Part shown: one piece after another, positions 47,338-56,333 of the stretch
Layout of the letters: each line of letters opens with the position of its first letter
Numbering within the stretch: position 1 is the stretch's first letter
Virus record (IMG/VR): IMGVR_UViG_3300036790_000396
Span: 82,945 to 146,944 of that record
Direction: 5' to 3' (one strand)
DNA length: 64,000 nucleotides
Source: a virus
The notes under the pieces: model-generated
Databases searched by the model: none
What the model was told of the DNA's origin: nothing
Seen by the model: the letters and a program-made list of their open reading frames with translations, nothing else
Made by a program: the position numbers and the translations under genes

Positions 47338-47835
47338 ATGACATCCTCTCCTGATCCCCTGGATCATCCTGATTACCGGCTCATCAGCCAGGTTCTCCTC
47401 GACATGGACGCCCAGCAGGACGCGGGCATCCCGTTCGAGGACACGATGGGCCGCATGTTCAGCACGGAGCCCGTGAGCCGTGCCGCCATGGCCCGCGCCG
47501 GCCGGGCGGCGGCGGCACGCGGCAGCTTCGGGCTGCCGCCGGGCACCTCCCGCGACGTGCAGGACACCGTCCTGTCCGCGGGTGCCTGGATGGACGGCTT
47601 CCTCGCCGGCGTCATGGCGCAGCAGGCAAAGTACGCGAGGACGTACGGCTCCCTCCTGGTCACCGCGTCCGGCGGCACGGAGGACGGCTACCGGACCGTG
47701 CGCGTCACGGTGCTCGCCGGCGGCGCGCTGCGCGTCTGGCGCGATCACTCGTTCGCCCCCGGCGTGCGCGAGTTCGATCACGTCTACGCGCCCGGCACCT
47801 GGAGCGGCTACGATTCCGCGGACGTGGCCCCGTGA
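47338..47835 (+). CDS. hypothetical protein, leaderless
   Basis: TTTATTGA-TATTAT 6 nt before ATG. Confidence 0.6.
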   Translation: MTSSPDPLDHPDYRLISQVLLDMDAQQDAGIPFEDTMGRMFSTEPVSRAAMARAGRAAAARGSFGLPPGTSRDVQDTVLSAGAWMDGFLAGVMAQQAKYARTYGSLLVTASGGTEDGYRTVRVTVLAGGALRVWRDHSFAPGVREFDHVYAPGTWSGYDSADVAP

Positions 47836-48077
47836 GCGCCCCCGTCCCGATGGCCGGGATCCCCGTTCCGCGCTCGCTGCCCCCGGAGCTGCGCCGCGCC
47901 TGGAAGGCTGCCCGCGAGCAGGGCTGGACATGGCGGCTATCGCCCAGGGGCAACGCGATGATGTGGCTTCCCCCGCGCAGCACCGTCCTCGTCGCGGTGC
48001 ACTGCACCCCCGGCACCGCGAACCGGGGGCTGGCCAACACGATCGGCCAGCTGAGGAAGGCGGGGCTGCGGTGGTAG
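47832..48077 (+). CDS. HicA-like small protein
   Basis: AREQGW.W....G.....P....V.VH.TP......N....LRKAGL pattern. Confidence 0.55.
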   Translation: MSAPVPMAGIPVPRSLPPELRRAWKAAREQGWTWRLSPRGNAMMWLPPRSTVLVAVHCTPGTANRGLANTIGQLRKAGLRW

Positions 48078-48187
48078 ACCTGGCCCGGGCCTGGCAGTGC
48101 CCGGTGACCTTCGAGAGCGCCTTCTGGTGGCAGTGCGAGGCGTGCGGCCGGGGATCCCGCGACCAGGGAGCATGGCATACTGCGCCT

Positions 48188-48481
48188 ATGGCCAACTTTT
48201 TTGAGAAAGCACTGAAGGACGTGTCGTCGTTCTTCTCGTCCCTGAAGGGCGACGCCGTGAAGATCCTCGGCACCGAGGACGCTGCGGAGCTGGAGGGCAA
48301 GATCCGCTCGATCGCCTCCCAGGAGGCGTCGAAGCTCATCGCCGAGGCCCTCGCGGCCCTCGCCGAGCACGAGGGCACCCAGAAGTCCGACGCCGTCACC
48401 GCGTCGGCCGCCGAGTCGCAGAACCAGGCGGGCGAGCCTGACCAGGCCCCGGAGACCGTGACGCCGCCGCCTTCTGCCTGA
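48188..48481 (+). CDS. hypothetical helical protein
   Basis: CATACT -10-like box 6 nt before ATG; terminator follows. Confidence 0.55.
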   Translation: MANFFEKALKDVSSFFSSLKGDAVKILGTEDAAELEGKIRSIASQEASKLIAEALAALAEHEGTQKSDAVTASAAESQNQAGEPDQAPETVTPPPSA

Positions 48482-48546
48482 TCTCCGTCACGCCGCCTTC
48501 CTGCTGTCTGCCAGCAGGAGGGCGGCTTTTCGCTATAATCCTTAGC

Positions 48547-48720
48547 ATGGCAAAGCTCGGAAACTGGATCTTCGGCAAGCACGAGAAGCCTGCCGGCAAT
48601 ACCTGCCCCTACTCCTGGGGCCATGCCGCCCGCCCGTTCGAGCACGTGCACATGTGCCAGGAGGACGCAGGGCACGGCGGGAAGCACAAGTGCACGATCT
48701 GCCCGCAGGAGCATGCATGA
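48547..48720 (+). CDS. 57-aa Cys/His microprotein
   Basis: TATAAT + 7 nt + ATG; HVHMC...GHGGKHKC..C. Confidence 0.55.
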   Translation: MAKLGNWIFGKHEKPAGNTCPYSWGHAARPFEHVHMCQEDAGHGGKHKCTICPQEHA

Positions 48721-49253
48721 GGGTCGTCCCCCGCACCGGCCTCGCGCCGCTCCTGACCGCGACGAAGCGCTTTCCCGACCTCGACGCCGCCGCGGGGTGG
48801 GTGAAGGCGGTCCTCGCCGACATGTCCGGGCTCTACGCAGACAGGCAGCGCTGGACGCCGGGTGCCCGCCAGGTGGCCGAGACGTGGCTGGAGTCGGAGC
48901 TGAACGCCCCGGAGGGCTGGCACTGGACGGCGGAGGAGTCGCCCGAGCGCCTGGGCACCATCGTGATCGCGCTGGCCCGCGACGGCCAGCCGGTCCGCGA
49001 TATCACCTTCCGCGACGGCTTCACCCTGCGCCATCCCCGCGACCTGGTCATCACCCGCTGCTCGGACTGCTCCGCCCTCGTCCTCGCCGAGGACCAGGAG
49101 CGCCATGCCCGCTGGCACGCCGCCCTGCAGCCGTGATCTTTTCGTAACAAGGAATCTGGCGAATAACTCGCCAGTATCAAGATTTATTGGTACAGTCTTC
49201 TCCGTCGGGACACCCTGTCCCGTGAGCCAGTTCCCCCTCCGCGAAGGAGATTC

Positions 49254-50825
49254 ATGAAGGTATCAAAGGGCATCGCGGCCCTGGCGGTTGCCGCCAGCGC
49301 TGCTGCCGGAATAGCAGTCGTGAGCGGGGGCGTCGCGAATGCGGCTGCGCCTTCGCTGAGCGTCGCCCTCGGCACTCAGCTCTCGACGGACGGATCTCAC
49401 GCGACCTGGTCCGCTGACGGCTCGACTATCGAGCTGGAACTGGGGACTGGCTCCCCGACTACAGGGGCCTACGCTACCCTCACGCCTGCATCGGGCGAAG
49501 TCCCGGCAACGGAGCCCGCGTTCGTGAGCGATCACTACGGTGCGGGCTCTCCGCGCATGGAGATCGCCCTGAGCAACGGGAAGACGCTTGTGGGCTACCC
49601 GGCCGTCTCCGGCCTCAACGGAGATGACATGGCGTGGGGCGTCGGCGAAGGTGCTCCTTACACGGGCTATGCGACTGCACTGACCAGCGCGGGCGTGGAC
49701 TCCTCCACGACCGTCACCGGAGTTCAGATCGTGGCGGACGGCGACCAGGCCGCCGGGACCACCGACGACATCACGGGCGTGCAGTATGACGGCCAGGCGA
49801 TCGGCGGCGGTACCGTTTCCTTCGCCGCGGGGACCACGCAGCACGCCACGGAGGATGCTCCCTTTACTCAGCTGAAGGACCCGGCGACCACTACTGCCAG
49901 CGACCAGGCCCTGACCTACACCGCGCACGGTCTCCCGGCTGGCATGCAGGACGTGAACGGCGATATCTCCGGTATGCCTACCGCATCCGGCCAGTTCTCC
50001 GTGTCGGTGACCGCCAAGGATGTCTACGGTGACGTGGGCCACCAGAGCTTCGTCTTCGACGTGGCTACCGGCAATACGGTCACACTGCCCCCGGAGGGCA
50101 CGCAGACTGCTACTGACGGCAAGTCCTTCGACCTGACGGACACGGCGACTACGGCTCCGGCTGGCGCAACTGTCACCTATGGCGAGACCGGTCTTCCGGC
50201 GGGCGGCGACCTGTCGATCAACGCCGCTACGGGTGAGATCAGCGGCACGCCCACGGCAGCTGACAACGGGCAGTACGCGGTCACTCTCTCGGCTGCTGCC
50301 GCGGGAGCAAAGACAGCACGCCAGGCGTTCATCCTGAACGTGGTTGCGGCTCCGGCGGCACCTGTCTACACCGCCGTCGGCGGCACTAACGGCAAGGTGG
50401 AGAACCTGGGATCGGACAAGTACCTGAACGTGGCGTCCAACTCCTACGCCCCGGGGAACAGCCTCATCCAGTGGAACGCCTCGGGTGCCTCGCACGAGAC
50501 GTTCCAGTACGTCACGATCGACAAGAACGGCAAGGCTGCCGGCGGCTACCTCCAGGCAGAGTCCCCGGCCGGTGACTGGTACTACGTGACCGCCAGCGGT
50601 AAGAGCCAGCTGACCCTGGGCACGAAGGTCGTGCATCCGGCCTCAGCCGTGCTGGGTGCTGCTCTCACGTCCGGCGAGGACGCCACGCTGGACGGCGCCG
50701 GCATCACGTTCCCGAACGACGGCGGCTATGTCGCGGACGACTCCGGCCAGTCCACGGCCAACGGCGCGCACGTCATCGCGTTCCCGAAGAACGGCGGCAA
50801 GAACCAGCAGTGGAAGCTGCCGTAG
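49254..50825 (+). CDS. secreted protein with Ig-like (He_PIG-type) repeats and a ricin-B-like lectin domain
   Basis: Signal peptide ending ANA; two GLPAG....G.ISG.PT repeats; LIQW and NQQW motifs. Confidence 0.8.
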   Translation: MKVSKGIAALAVAASAAAGIAVVSGGVANAAAPSLSVALGTQLSTDGSHATWSADGSTIELELGTGSPTTGAYATLTPASGEVPATEPAFVSDHYGAGSPRMEIALSNGKTLVGYPAVSGLNGDDMAWGVGEGAPYTGYATALTSAGVDSSTTVTGVQIVADGDQAAGTTDDITGVQYDGQAIGGGTVSFAAGTTQHATEDAPFTQLKDPATTTASDQALTYTAHGLPAGMQDVNGDISGMPTASGQFSVSVTAKDVYGDVGHQSFVFDVATGNTVTLPPEGTQTATDGKSFDLTDTATTAPAGATVTYGETGLPAGGDLSINAATGEISGTPTAADNGQYAVTLSAAAAGAKTARQAFILNVVAAPAAPVYTAVGGTNGKVENLGSDKYLNVASNSYAPGNSLIQWNASGASHETFQYVTIDKNGKAAGGYLQAESPAGDWYYVTASGKSQLTLGTKVVHPASAVLGAALTSGEDATLDGAGITFPNDGGYVADDSGQSTANGAHVIAFPKNGGKNQQWKLP

Positions 50826-50926
50826 GCACCGGATAGCGTTACCTGAAGGGCGGCCGGATCCGCTTCCGGCCGTCCTTCCCTTTTGCCATCACGCCCTCCT
50901 GCGATTCTCTGAGGATTTGCCTAGTC

Positions 50927-52060
50927 ATGCCCGAGGATGACACCCCGACCGAGCACTGGAACACCCGCAACGAGCAGGAGAAGACGGAGCAGCCGTACCG
51001 CCCGACCCGTGAGTACCCCCCGATGCCGGACCTGAAGTACCTTGCTCCCGATCCTCGCAAGAGCCCCCCGGTCCGGCTGCCGCCGCCGCGTTACGGTCCC
51101 CTTCCTCCCGTCCCGGAGAGGGTGCAGGAGTACGACATCAAGGCGCTGCGCGCCCAGGCCGGCGGCGACGGGCCGAAGCGCCCCTACGGCACCCGGCCGC
51201 CCCGCCAGTACGCCACTGGCAAGATCCCCGCCAGGGGCCCGAAGGAACGCCGCCAGATCCTGCAGCCCAGCCAGCTGCTCATCGCCGGCGTCGCCGAGAT
51301 GACCAGCTCGATGCTCGGCTCGATCTTCTCCGTCAACGGCACCATCATCGGCGCCGGGATCGGGGCGGTCGTCTACGGCCTCGTCGCGGCCCTGTACGGC
51401 CGGGCGTGGGAGGTCGCCTGGTCCTCGGTGAAGGGGAAGAGGGTCCCGCACATCCGCGTCGGGCACCTGGCGGCCCGCTCGCGCAGGATGATGGCCGGGC
51501 ACCGGGTCGCCACCGCGATGACCCTCACCTCGGCCGTGGTCCTGGGCACGTTCGGGGTGCTCGTGGTGATCACCGGCACCGAGGCGGTCACCGGCAAGAC
51601 CATGCACGGCAACGTCACCGGCGCGAACTCCTACGGCCTGACAGTCGGCGGCAACTCGACTGCGGCCCCGTCCCCGGCGCCCCCTTCTCCCTCCGGGTCC
51701 CCCGCCTCGTCCTATCCGGCCGTCGTGCCGCAGACGGGCCGGTCCGCCACGGCGGTCCCGTCTGCTGTGCCGTCTGCTGCTCCCTCGGGGATCCTGCCGG
51801 CGGTGCCCTCGGCGGCGTCCTCTTCCGTCTCCTCCCCGTCCTACTCCGCCTCCCCGAGCGCCCCCGCAACGGCTTCGGCGCCGCCGGCCGGCACGCAGCC
51901 GTCGCAGCCTGCGCAGTCTTCGCCGCCGCTGCAGCAGCCGACGGTCCCTCCTACGCAGGCCGGCGTCCCCGCGGCTCCCGGGAGCGCCGGGGGAAAGTAC
52001 GTTCCGGTATCTCCCGCCGCCACCACCGTCCCGGAGCCGTCCGCGACCGGCTCCCCGTGA
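50927..52060 (+). CDS. Pro-rich membrane protein
   Basis: GSIFSVNGTIIGAGIG TM region; Pro/Ser C-terminal tail. Confidence 0.7.
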   Translation: MPEDDTPTEHWNTRNEQEKTEQPYRPTREYPPMPDLKYLAPDPRKSPPVRLPPPRYGPLPPVPERVQEYDIKALRAQAGGDGPKRPYGTRPPRQYATGKIPARGPKERRQILQPSQLLIAGVAEMTSSMLGSIFSVNGTIIGAGIGAVVYGLVAALYGRAWEVAWSSVKGKRVPHIRVGHLAARSRRMMAGHRVATAMTLTSAVVLGTFGVLVVITGTEAVTGKTMHGNVTGANSYGLTVGGNSTAAPSPAPPSPSGSPASSYPAVVPQTGRSATAVPSAVPSAAPSGILPAVPSAASSSVSSPSYSASPSAPATASAPPAGTQPSQPAQSSPPLQQPTVPPTQAGVPAAPGSAGGKYVPVSPAATTVPEPSATGSP

Positions 52061-52147
52061 CCGGCATGCACTGAGCCGCGCGGGAAAACGTGCCGGTAGC
52101 GAAGAGACGCTCTCTGAGAGGGCGTCTCTTTTGCTATATTCCTTGAT

Positions 52148-52285
52148 ATGCAGAAGCTCACGTATTCTCAGGTCATCAAGCGCGCTATCGTGGCAGCTCT
52201 CGTCTCCGAGGCTGTCTCGTTCGCGGTGCGCCGCTATGTCGTGCCGCTCGCCGAGGGCTTCCTCGACGGGGAAGAGACAAGCTGA
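52148..52285 (+). CDS. 45-aa hydrophobic microprotein, leaderless
   Basis: TGCTATATT + 7 nt + ATG after a terminator. Confidence 0.5.
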   Translation: MQKLTYSQVIKRAIVAALVSEAVSFAVRRYVVPLAEGFLDGEETS

Positions 52286-52296
52286 GGGAGTTCCCC

Positions 52297-52641
52297 GTGG
52301 ACGCAGGAGCCCGCGCTTTCGCGGACCAGATGACTGCCGCAGCCCGGGCGGCCGACCAGGAATCGGCCGGGACGGCGTTCCTCCGGTCGATGGCCGCCGC
52401 CCTGGGCGCCGAGGTCACTCCGGGCGGCCTGCTGCGCCTGGACGGGCCCGCGAGCGCGGAGGCGATCATGGACCGCGCCGGGGCGCACATGAGGGCCCTT
52501 TCCGATGACGGTGACATCGCCTTCGGGCACATGCACTTCGGCTACTGCCGGGAGGCGGGGGCGCTGCACCTGGGCGGCATGATCGCCGTTCCCCTCAGCC
52601 CCGGGGACGATGACTTCCCGGCCGGCTGGACGGAGATGTAG
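52297..52641 (+). CDS. hypothetical protein
   Basis: GGGAG RBS. Confidence 0.5.
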   Translation: MDAGARAFADQMTAAARAADQESAGTAFLRSMAAALGAEVTPGGLLRLDGPASAEAIMDRAGAHMRALSDDGDIAFGHMHFGYCREAGALHLGGMIAVPLSPGDDDFPAGWTEM

Positions 52642-52700
52642 CCTGGCGCATGCCGGAGGCCCGGCCCCGCCTAAGGGAGAGCCGGGCCTCCGGCGTCCTG

Positions 52701-53270
52701 TCAGCTTTCCCCTTCGAGGTCAGTGATGATGACCTGCCGCACGAAGTAGCGCCAGCCCGCGGGCGCGTTCTCGCGGAATTTTCCTGCGCATGCCAGGGCC
52801 GTGCTCCGGGCCGCAGCCGGAGGGAAATCCGGGCCGGCCCTGAAGACGCCGCCGCCCACGGTGCCAGTGCGGCCTAGGTCACGCTCGCTCTTGTCCTCGT
52901 AGATGACGTGGTACTCGATGACGGTATTCCCGGCCCCGGAAGTCATCGCCACGGCGCCCATTGCCTCCAGCACCGGGACCGGCGCCATCTTGTGCCCGTA
53001 GTCGCGCCGGAAGCCGGCGTCTTCCACCCGGGCGACGGCCTCATCGCGGCGCTTCTCCCGGGCTACGTCGGCCAGCTCCCGGATGACGTGGCTGTAGCCG
53101 GAGCGGGCCGATGCCGGGTACAGCAGCCCGTCGTCCATGCCGAACGTCAGCGCCGGGGCGGCCTTGACGCGCACGTACTTGCGGCCGACGGACTCTACCG
53201 TGGTGAGCCTCTGGCTGCTCCCGTGCGCGAGGACCACTTCCTGGCCTGCGGTGCCGAATTTCGCGGTCAT
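52701..53270 (-). CDS. beta-barrel-type hypothetical protein
   Basis: GQEVV...TTVESVGRKYVRV motif; ATGA overlap. Confidence 0.5.
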   Translation of the reverse strand: MTAKFGTAGQEVVLAHGSSQRLTTVESVGRKYVRVKAAPALTFGMDDGLLYPASARSGYSHVIRELADVAREKRRDEAVARVEDAGFRRDYGHKMAPVPVLEAMGAVAMTSGAGNTVIEYHVIYEDKSERDLGRTGTVGGGVFRAGPDFPPAAARSTALACAGKFRENAPAGWRYFVRQVIITDLEGES

Positions 53271-53547
53271 GATTCCGCTGCCCGGTGGCTTTCGATCCAC
53301 TTGCTGTCGCCGAGCCTGTCCTGCCAGCTGAACCACGCGCTCTCCGCTTCCTCGTAGCCGCGCAGTTCCTCTTCCGTGAGCCGGACGAGGGGCAGGTGAC
53401 GGCTCAGGCCGAGGCTTTCCTTCTCGTCTTCCAGCCCGTACCAGTCGGTGAAGCCGACCCGGCGCAGTTCTCCCGGCATGATCTTTTCTCCGCTCTCTTC
53501 GCTCTGTATCCTCTTAATATACCAATAAACCTTGATATAGTAAAAGC

Positions 53548-54099
53548 ATGAGCGATACTCCCGAGAAAAGACCACTCATCGCCGTCGATGTCGACGGCGT
53601 CCTGAGCGCCATCGCCTGGAACGGGCGCAAGATCGGCTGGACTTGCCCCGAGGGCTACCAGAAGCACAAGGTGCTCCTGGACGGCCGCCGCTACACGATC
53701 GCCCTGAACCGGGCCCACGGTTCCGCGCTGCTGCGGCTCGCCGCCGCGACCGGCGCCGAGCTGGCCTGGGGCACCATGTGGGGCGAGCACGCCAACACGG
53801 TCATCGCCCCGCGGCTCGGGCTGCCCCGGCTGCCCGTGATCCCGGCCGCCGAGTCCTACTACGGCCCGGAGCGGTGCAAGGCCGCCGCCATCCTGGAGTA
53901 CGCAGCGGGCCGTCCCGTCGTCTGGTTCGACGACGATCCGGAGGAGCAGGAACAGTTCAGCCGCCGGGTGCTCCTGCGTGAGGCTCCCGGCTACTGCATC
54001 CCGGTGAACGCGCTCACGGGGCTGACGGCTGCCGACATCCACGAGGCGCACGTGTGGCTGGAAGGCCATGCCGAGGTCCGGAACGTGCGCCGGGGCTAG
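53548..54099 (+). CDS. HAD-superfamily phosphatase (RNA-repair-associated type)
   Basis: IAVDVDGVL; WGTMW; K...I; VWFDDD. Confidence 0.85.
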   Translation: MSDTPEKRPLIAVDVDGVLSAIAWNGRKIGWTCPEGYQKHKVLLDGRRYTIALNRAHGSALLRLAAATGAELAWGTMWGEHANTVIAPRLGLPRLPVIPAAESYYGPERCKAAAILEYAAGRPVVWFDDDPEEQEQFSRRVLLREAPGYCIPVNALTGLTAADIHEAHVWLEGHAEVRNVRRG

Positions 54100-54194
54100 C
54101 GGGATGCGCTCCCGCTTAGCGGAACAGCGACGGCCCCGTGCCGGCAAGGTACGGGGCCGTCACCGCGAGAAGCGTTGCTCACGCAGGAGACAGG

Positions 54195-54938
54195 CTAGTC
54201 CAGGAGATAGCGTGCCAGCGCCACGCCGGCGCTCATCCCGGGAGCGTCTTCCCTGTTGGCCTGCTCGCGGGCAGTCTTCACGGCGCCCTGCAGGGCGGCG
54301 ATGCGCCGCTCCATCTCGCGCTTGTGCTCCGCGGTGAGCGCGCCGGACCGCTTGACGGTGGTCCACCGGCCGGTCGGCACGTCCTCGGTCACTACCTGCA
54401 CCTGGGCGGGGTGCTCCTTGGTCGGGAGGCTCAGGACGAGGGGGACGGCGCGCTTCTCGGTCCGGACGGTGAACGTCTCCGGGGTGCGCATCCAGAGGGT
54501 GCCCTCCTCGGACTGCCATTCCTCGGCCGGGCTGAGCACGGGCAGCTTCGCGATGAACGTGGCGACGTCGTCGAGCACCTTGCTCATGTGCAGCAGCCAC
54601 GTCGCGGGCACGTCCGCGAAGACGATCTCCCCGTCCACCGTCACGTTGGCGCGGGCGCTGGCGTTGGCCACGTCCCGGGTGAGGGCCAAGTCGACTGCGG
54701 GCGCCAGCTCGCTCATGAACTCTTCCAGGACGCGCCCCGCGCTGAGCTGGACGTGCTGAACCTCGGCCGGGAGCTGGTGCCGGTTGTCGTCGCTTTCCTC
54801 GAACGGGGCGTAGGTGCGGGAGAAGCCGGTGAACAGCTGCTCCTTCTGGCTGTCCTTGTGAAGCTTCCCGAGGCGCTTGTTGGCCTCGCTGCGGGCCGCT
54901 GCCTCCAGGGCGACGACCTGGCCGAGTGTCCTGGCCAT
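54195..54938 (-). CDS. conserved helical protein of unknown function (recalled as DUF7873-like; unverified)
   Basis: GGAGG RBS; LGQVVALE...LFTGFSRTY.P...LP.E...VQ...DVANASARA.V.VDG...VPATWLL..K...KLPVL.P...HPAQV...DVPTG.W...SGAL...VK.ARE.AN. Confidence 0.8.
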   Translation of the reverse strand: MARTLGQVVALEAAARSEANKRLGKLHKDSQKEQLFTGFSRTYAPFEESDDNRHQLPAEVQHVQLSAGRVLEEFMSELAPAVDLALTRDVANASARANVTVDGEIVFADVPATWLLHMSKVLDDVATFIAKLPVLSPAEEWQSEEGTLWMRTPETFTVRTEKRAVPLVLSLPTKEHPAQVQVVTEDVPTGRWTTVKRSGALTAEHKREMERRIAALQGAVKTAREQANREDAPGMSAGVALARYLLD

Positions 54939-55070
54939 GATTCCTCCTGTGATGAAAGGGGCCCCTCCCGCTTTCCCTGCGGGAGGGGCCGTGATGTGAG
55001 CGCATGCATGAGATGCGTGCCGCCTGGGGCGGCTCTCCTGGCATCCGTCCGCGCGCAGCGGCAGGCGGGA

Positions 55071-55170
55071 ACCCGTCGTCGTTGAATGCAGGGCGTCTTG
55101 CCTTTGGACCACCGCGCCATGCTGGAGGCGCGGCCCGGGGTCGAACCGGGACTTCCCTGATGATGCGGGC
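55071..55170 (-). ncRNA. circularly permuted tRNA-like domain 2
   Basis: CAGGG-AAGT-CCCGG TTCGACC CCGGG-CCGCGCC TCCAGCAT GGCGCGG-TG-GTC CAAAGGCAA GAC-G-CCCTG. Confidence 0.8.
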
Positions 55171-55233
55171 ACCCTGGAGATCTGCGCACGCGGATGCGAT
55201 GCTGAGCTTCGAGCGGCGCATCCTGATCCTGAG

Positions 55234-55317
55234 GCTCCCGCGGGCGCTCTCCTTGAGCTACCGGGGCGCGTACCCCGGCGTGGTATCGAGCCACGGCCTT
55301 CCCGCTGATGAGGGAGC
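55234..55317 (-). ncRNA. circularly permuted tRNA-like domain 1
   Basis: GCGGG-AAGGC-CGTGG CTCGATA CCACG-CCGGGGT ACGC GCCCCGG-TA-GCTC AAGGA GAGC-G-CCCGC. Confidence 0.8.
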
Positions 55318-55409
55318 TGTTTCAGCCTCATTCTGAACCTGACTTTTCGCTCGCGGGCGACTCTACCAGCTCCTGCTTTTCTTGACAACATTTATTGGTA
55401 TGGTAGTGT

Positions 55410-55703
55410 CCCTGAAGGTTGACGGAATCCGTGAGCACGTGCACGGGGAACGTCCGGGACTGCCGCTGCCTAGGTTCTGGCGGCAATCCTGCCGCGCGCA
55501 GCACGAGACGCTGCCTCCTCGGGGAAGACCGGGTTCGACACCCGGGCGCGGGCGCGGAGATAGGGTTCCTGGCGCACGAGGGTTCTCTGCGGGGCCGGCG
55601 GTTCGCGAGCCGGACGCTAAACACGGCGGTGCGCCCGCCCGGCGGCTGGCGTAACAGCCGCAGGGCAGCCCCTTCGCCGGGTCCGCGGAGAAGGGGCTGC
55701 CCT
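55410..55703 (+). ncRNA. putative structured RNA containing a tRNA-like module
   Basis: Promoter motif at 55382-55409; T-arm CCGGG-TTCGACA-CCCGG inside CCGCGC/GCGCGG (55492-55551); closing hairpin AGGGCAGCCCCTTC/GAAGGGGCTGCCCT. Confidence 0.55.
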
Positions 55704-55715
55704 ATATTTATTGGC

Positions 55716-55997
55716 ATGGCATCCTCCGTGCTTTCCGCTGTCCCCGGTGACCAGGTTGTCGCCGCTACGACGGCCACGACGGTCATCATCAACCTCGCCA
55801 ACTGGGCGCTCACCGCCTACGCGTGGCCTGACACGGGCATCCCCGCGCCGGTCGAGGCCGCGATCGTGCTGGTCATCTCCGCGGGCCTCGGTTACGGGGC
55901 AGTGCTGCTCACGTACTGGAAGAACCGCCTGGCGCCGCCGGCTGCGGCGCCCTCCTCCGTGAAATCCTCGACTTCACAGGATTTATTGATACAGTGA
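55716..55997 (+). CDS. two-TM holin-like protein
   Basis: Hydrophobic helices around IPAPVEAAIVLVISAGLGY. Confidence 0.6.
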   Translation: MASSVLSAVPGDQVVAATTATTVIINLANWALTAYAWPDTGIPAPVEAAIVLVISAGLGYGAVLLTYWKNRLAPPAAAPSSVKSSTSQDLLIQ

Positions 55998-56333
55998 GGA
56001 CACGCCCCGTCGCGATCGGGGCGGACCCGATAATCCCGGAGGAGTCATGAACCCAGAGCAGGACCAGGCATCCGCCGGGCGGCAGTACGTGCTCGACGCC
56101 GCCCTGGACGTGGCCGGGCCTCACCTGGACTCCGACGGGGTGGAGCTGCTGAAGCTGGCAGACCGGGTCACGCGCCCGGGGAGCCGGCCGTTCCCCTAGG
56201 CGCGGCATGCCGCACCGCGCGGAGGCATCCGGCCGGGAGTCCATGCTCCCGGCGGGGCCGCACCGGGCCCCGGCGGTGCACCGGGGGCAGGACGGGCTTC
56301 GGCTCCTTCCACCGTCCTGCCCCCGGAAGGTAT

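Noticed and set aside
55071-55317. One intron-containing tRNA made from the unit 1 5' half and unit 2 3' half, or a standard tmRNA
   Set aside because: GCCCCGG does not pair with CCGCGCC, whereas within-unit permuted pairing is complete. Paired D-stems are present and no ssrA-like tag ending in AA is visible.
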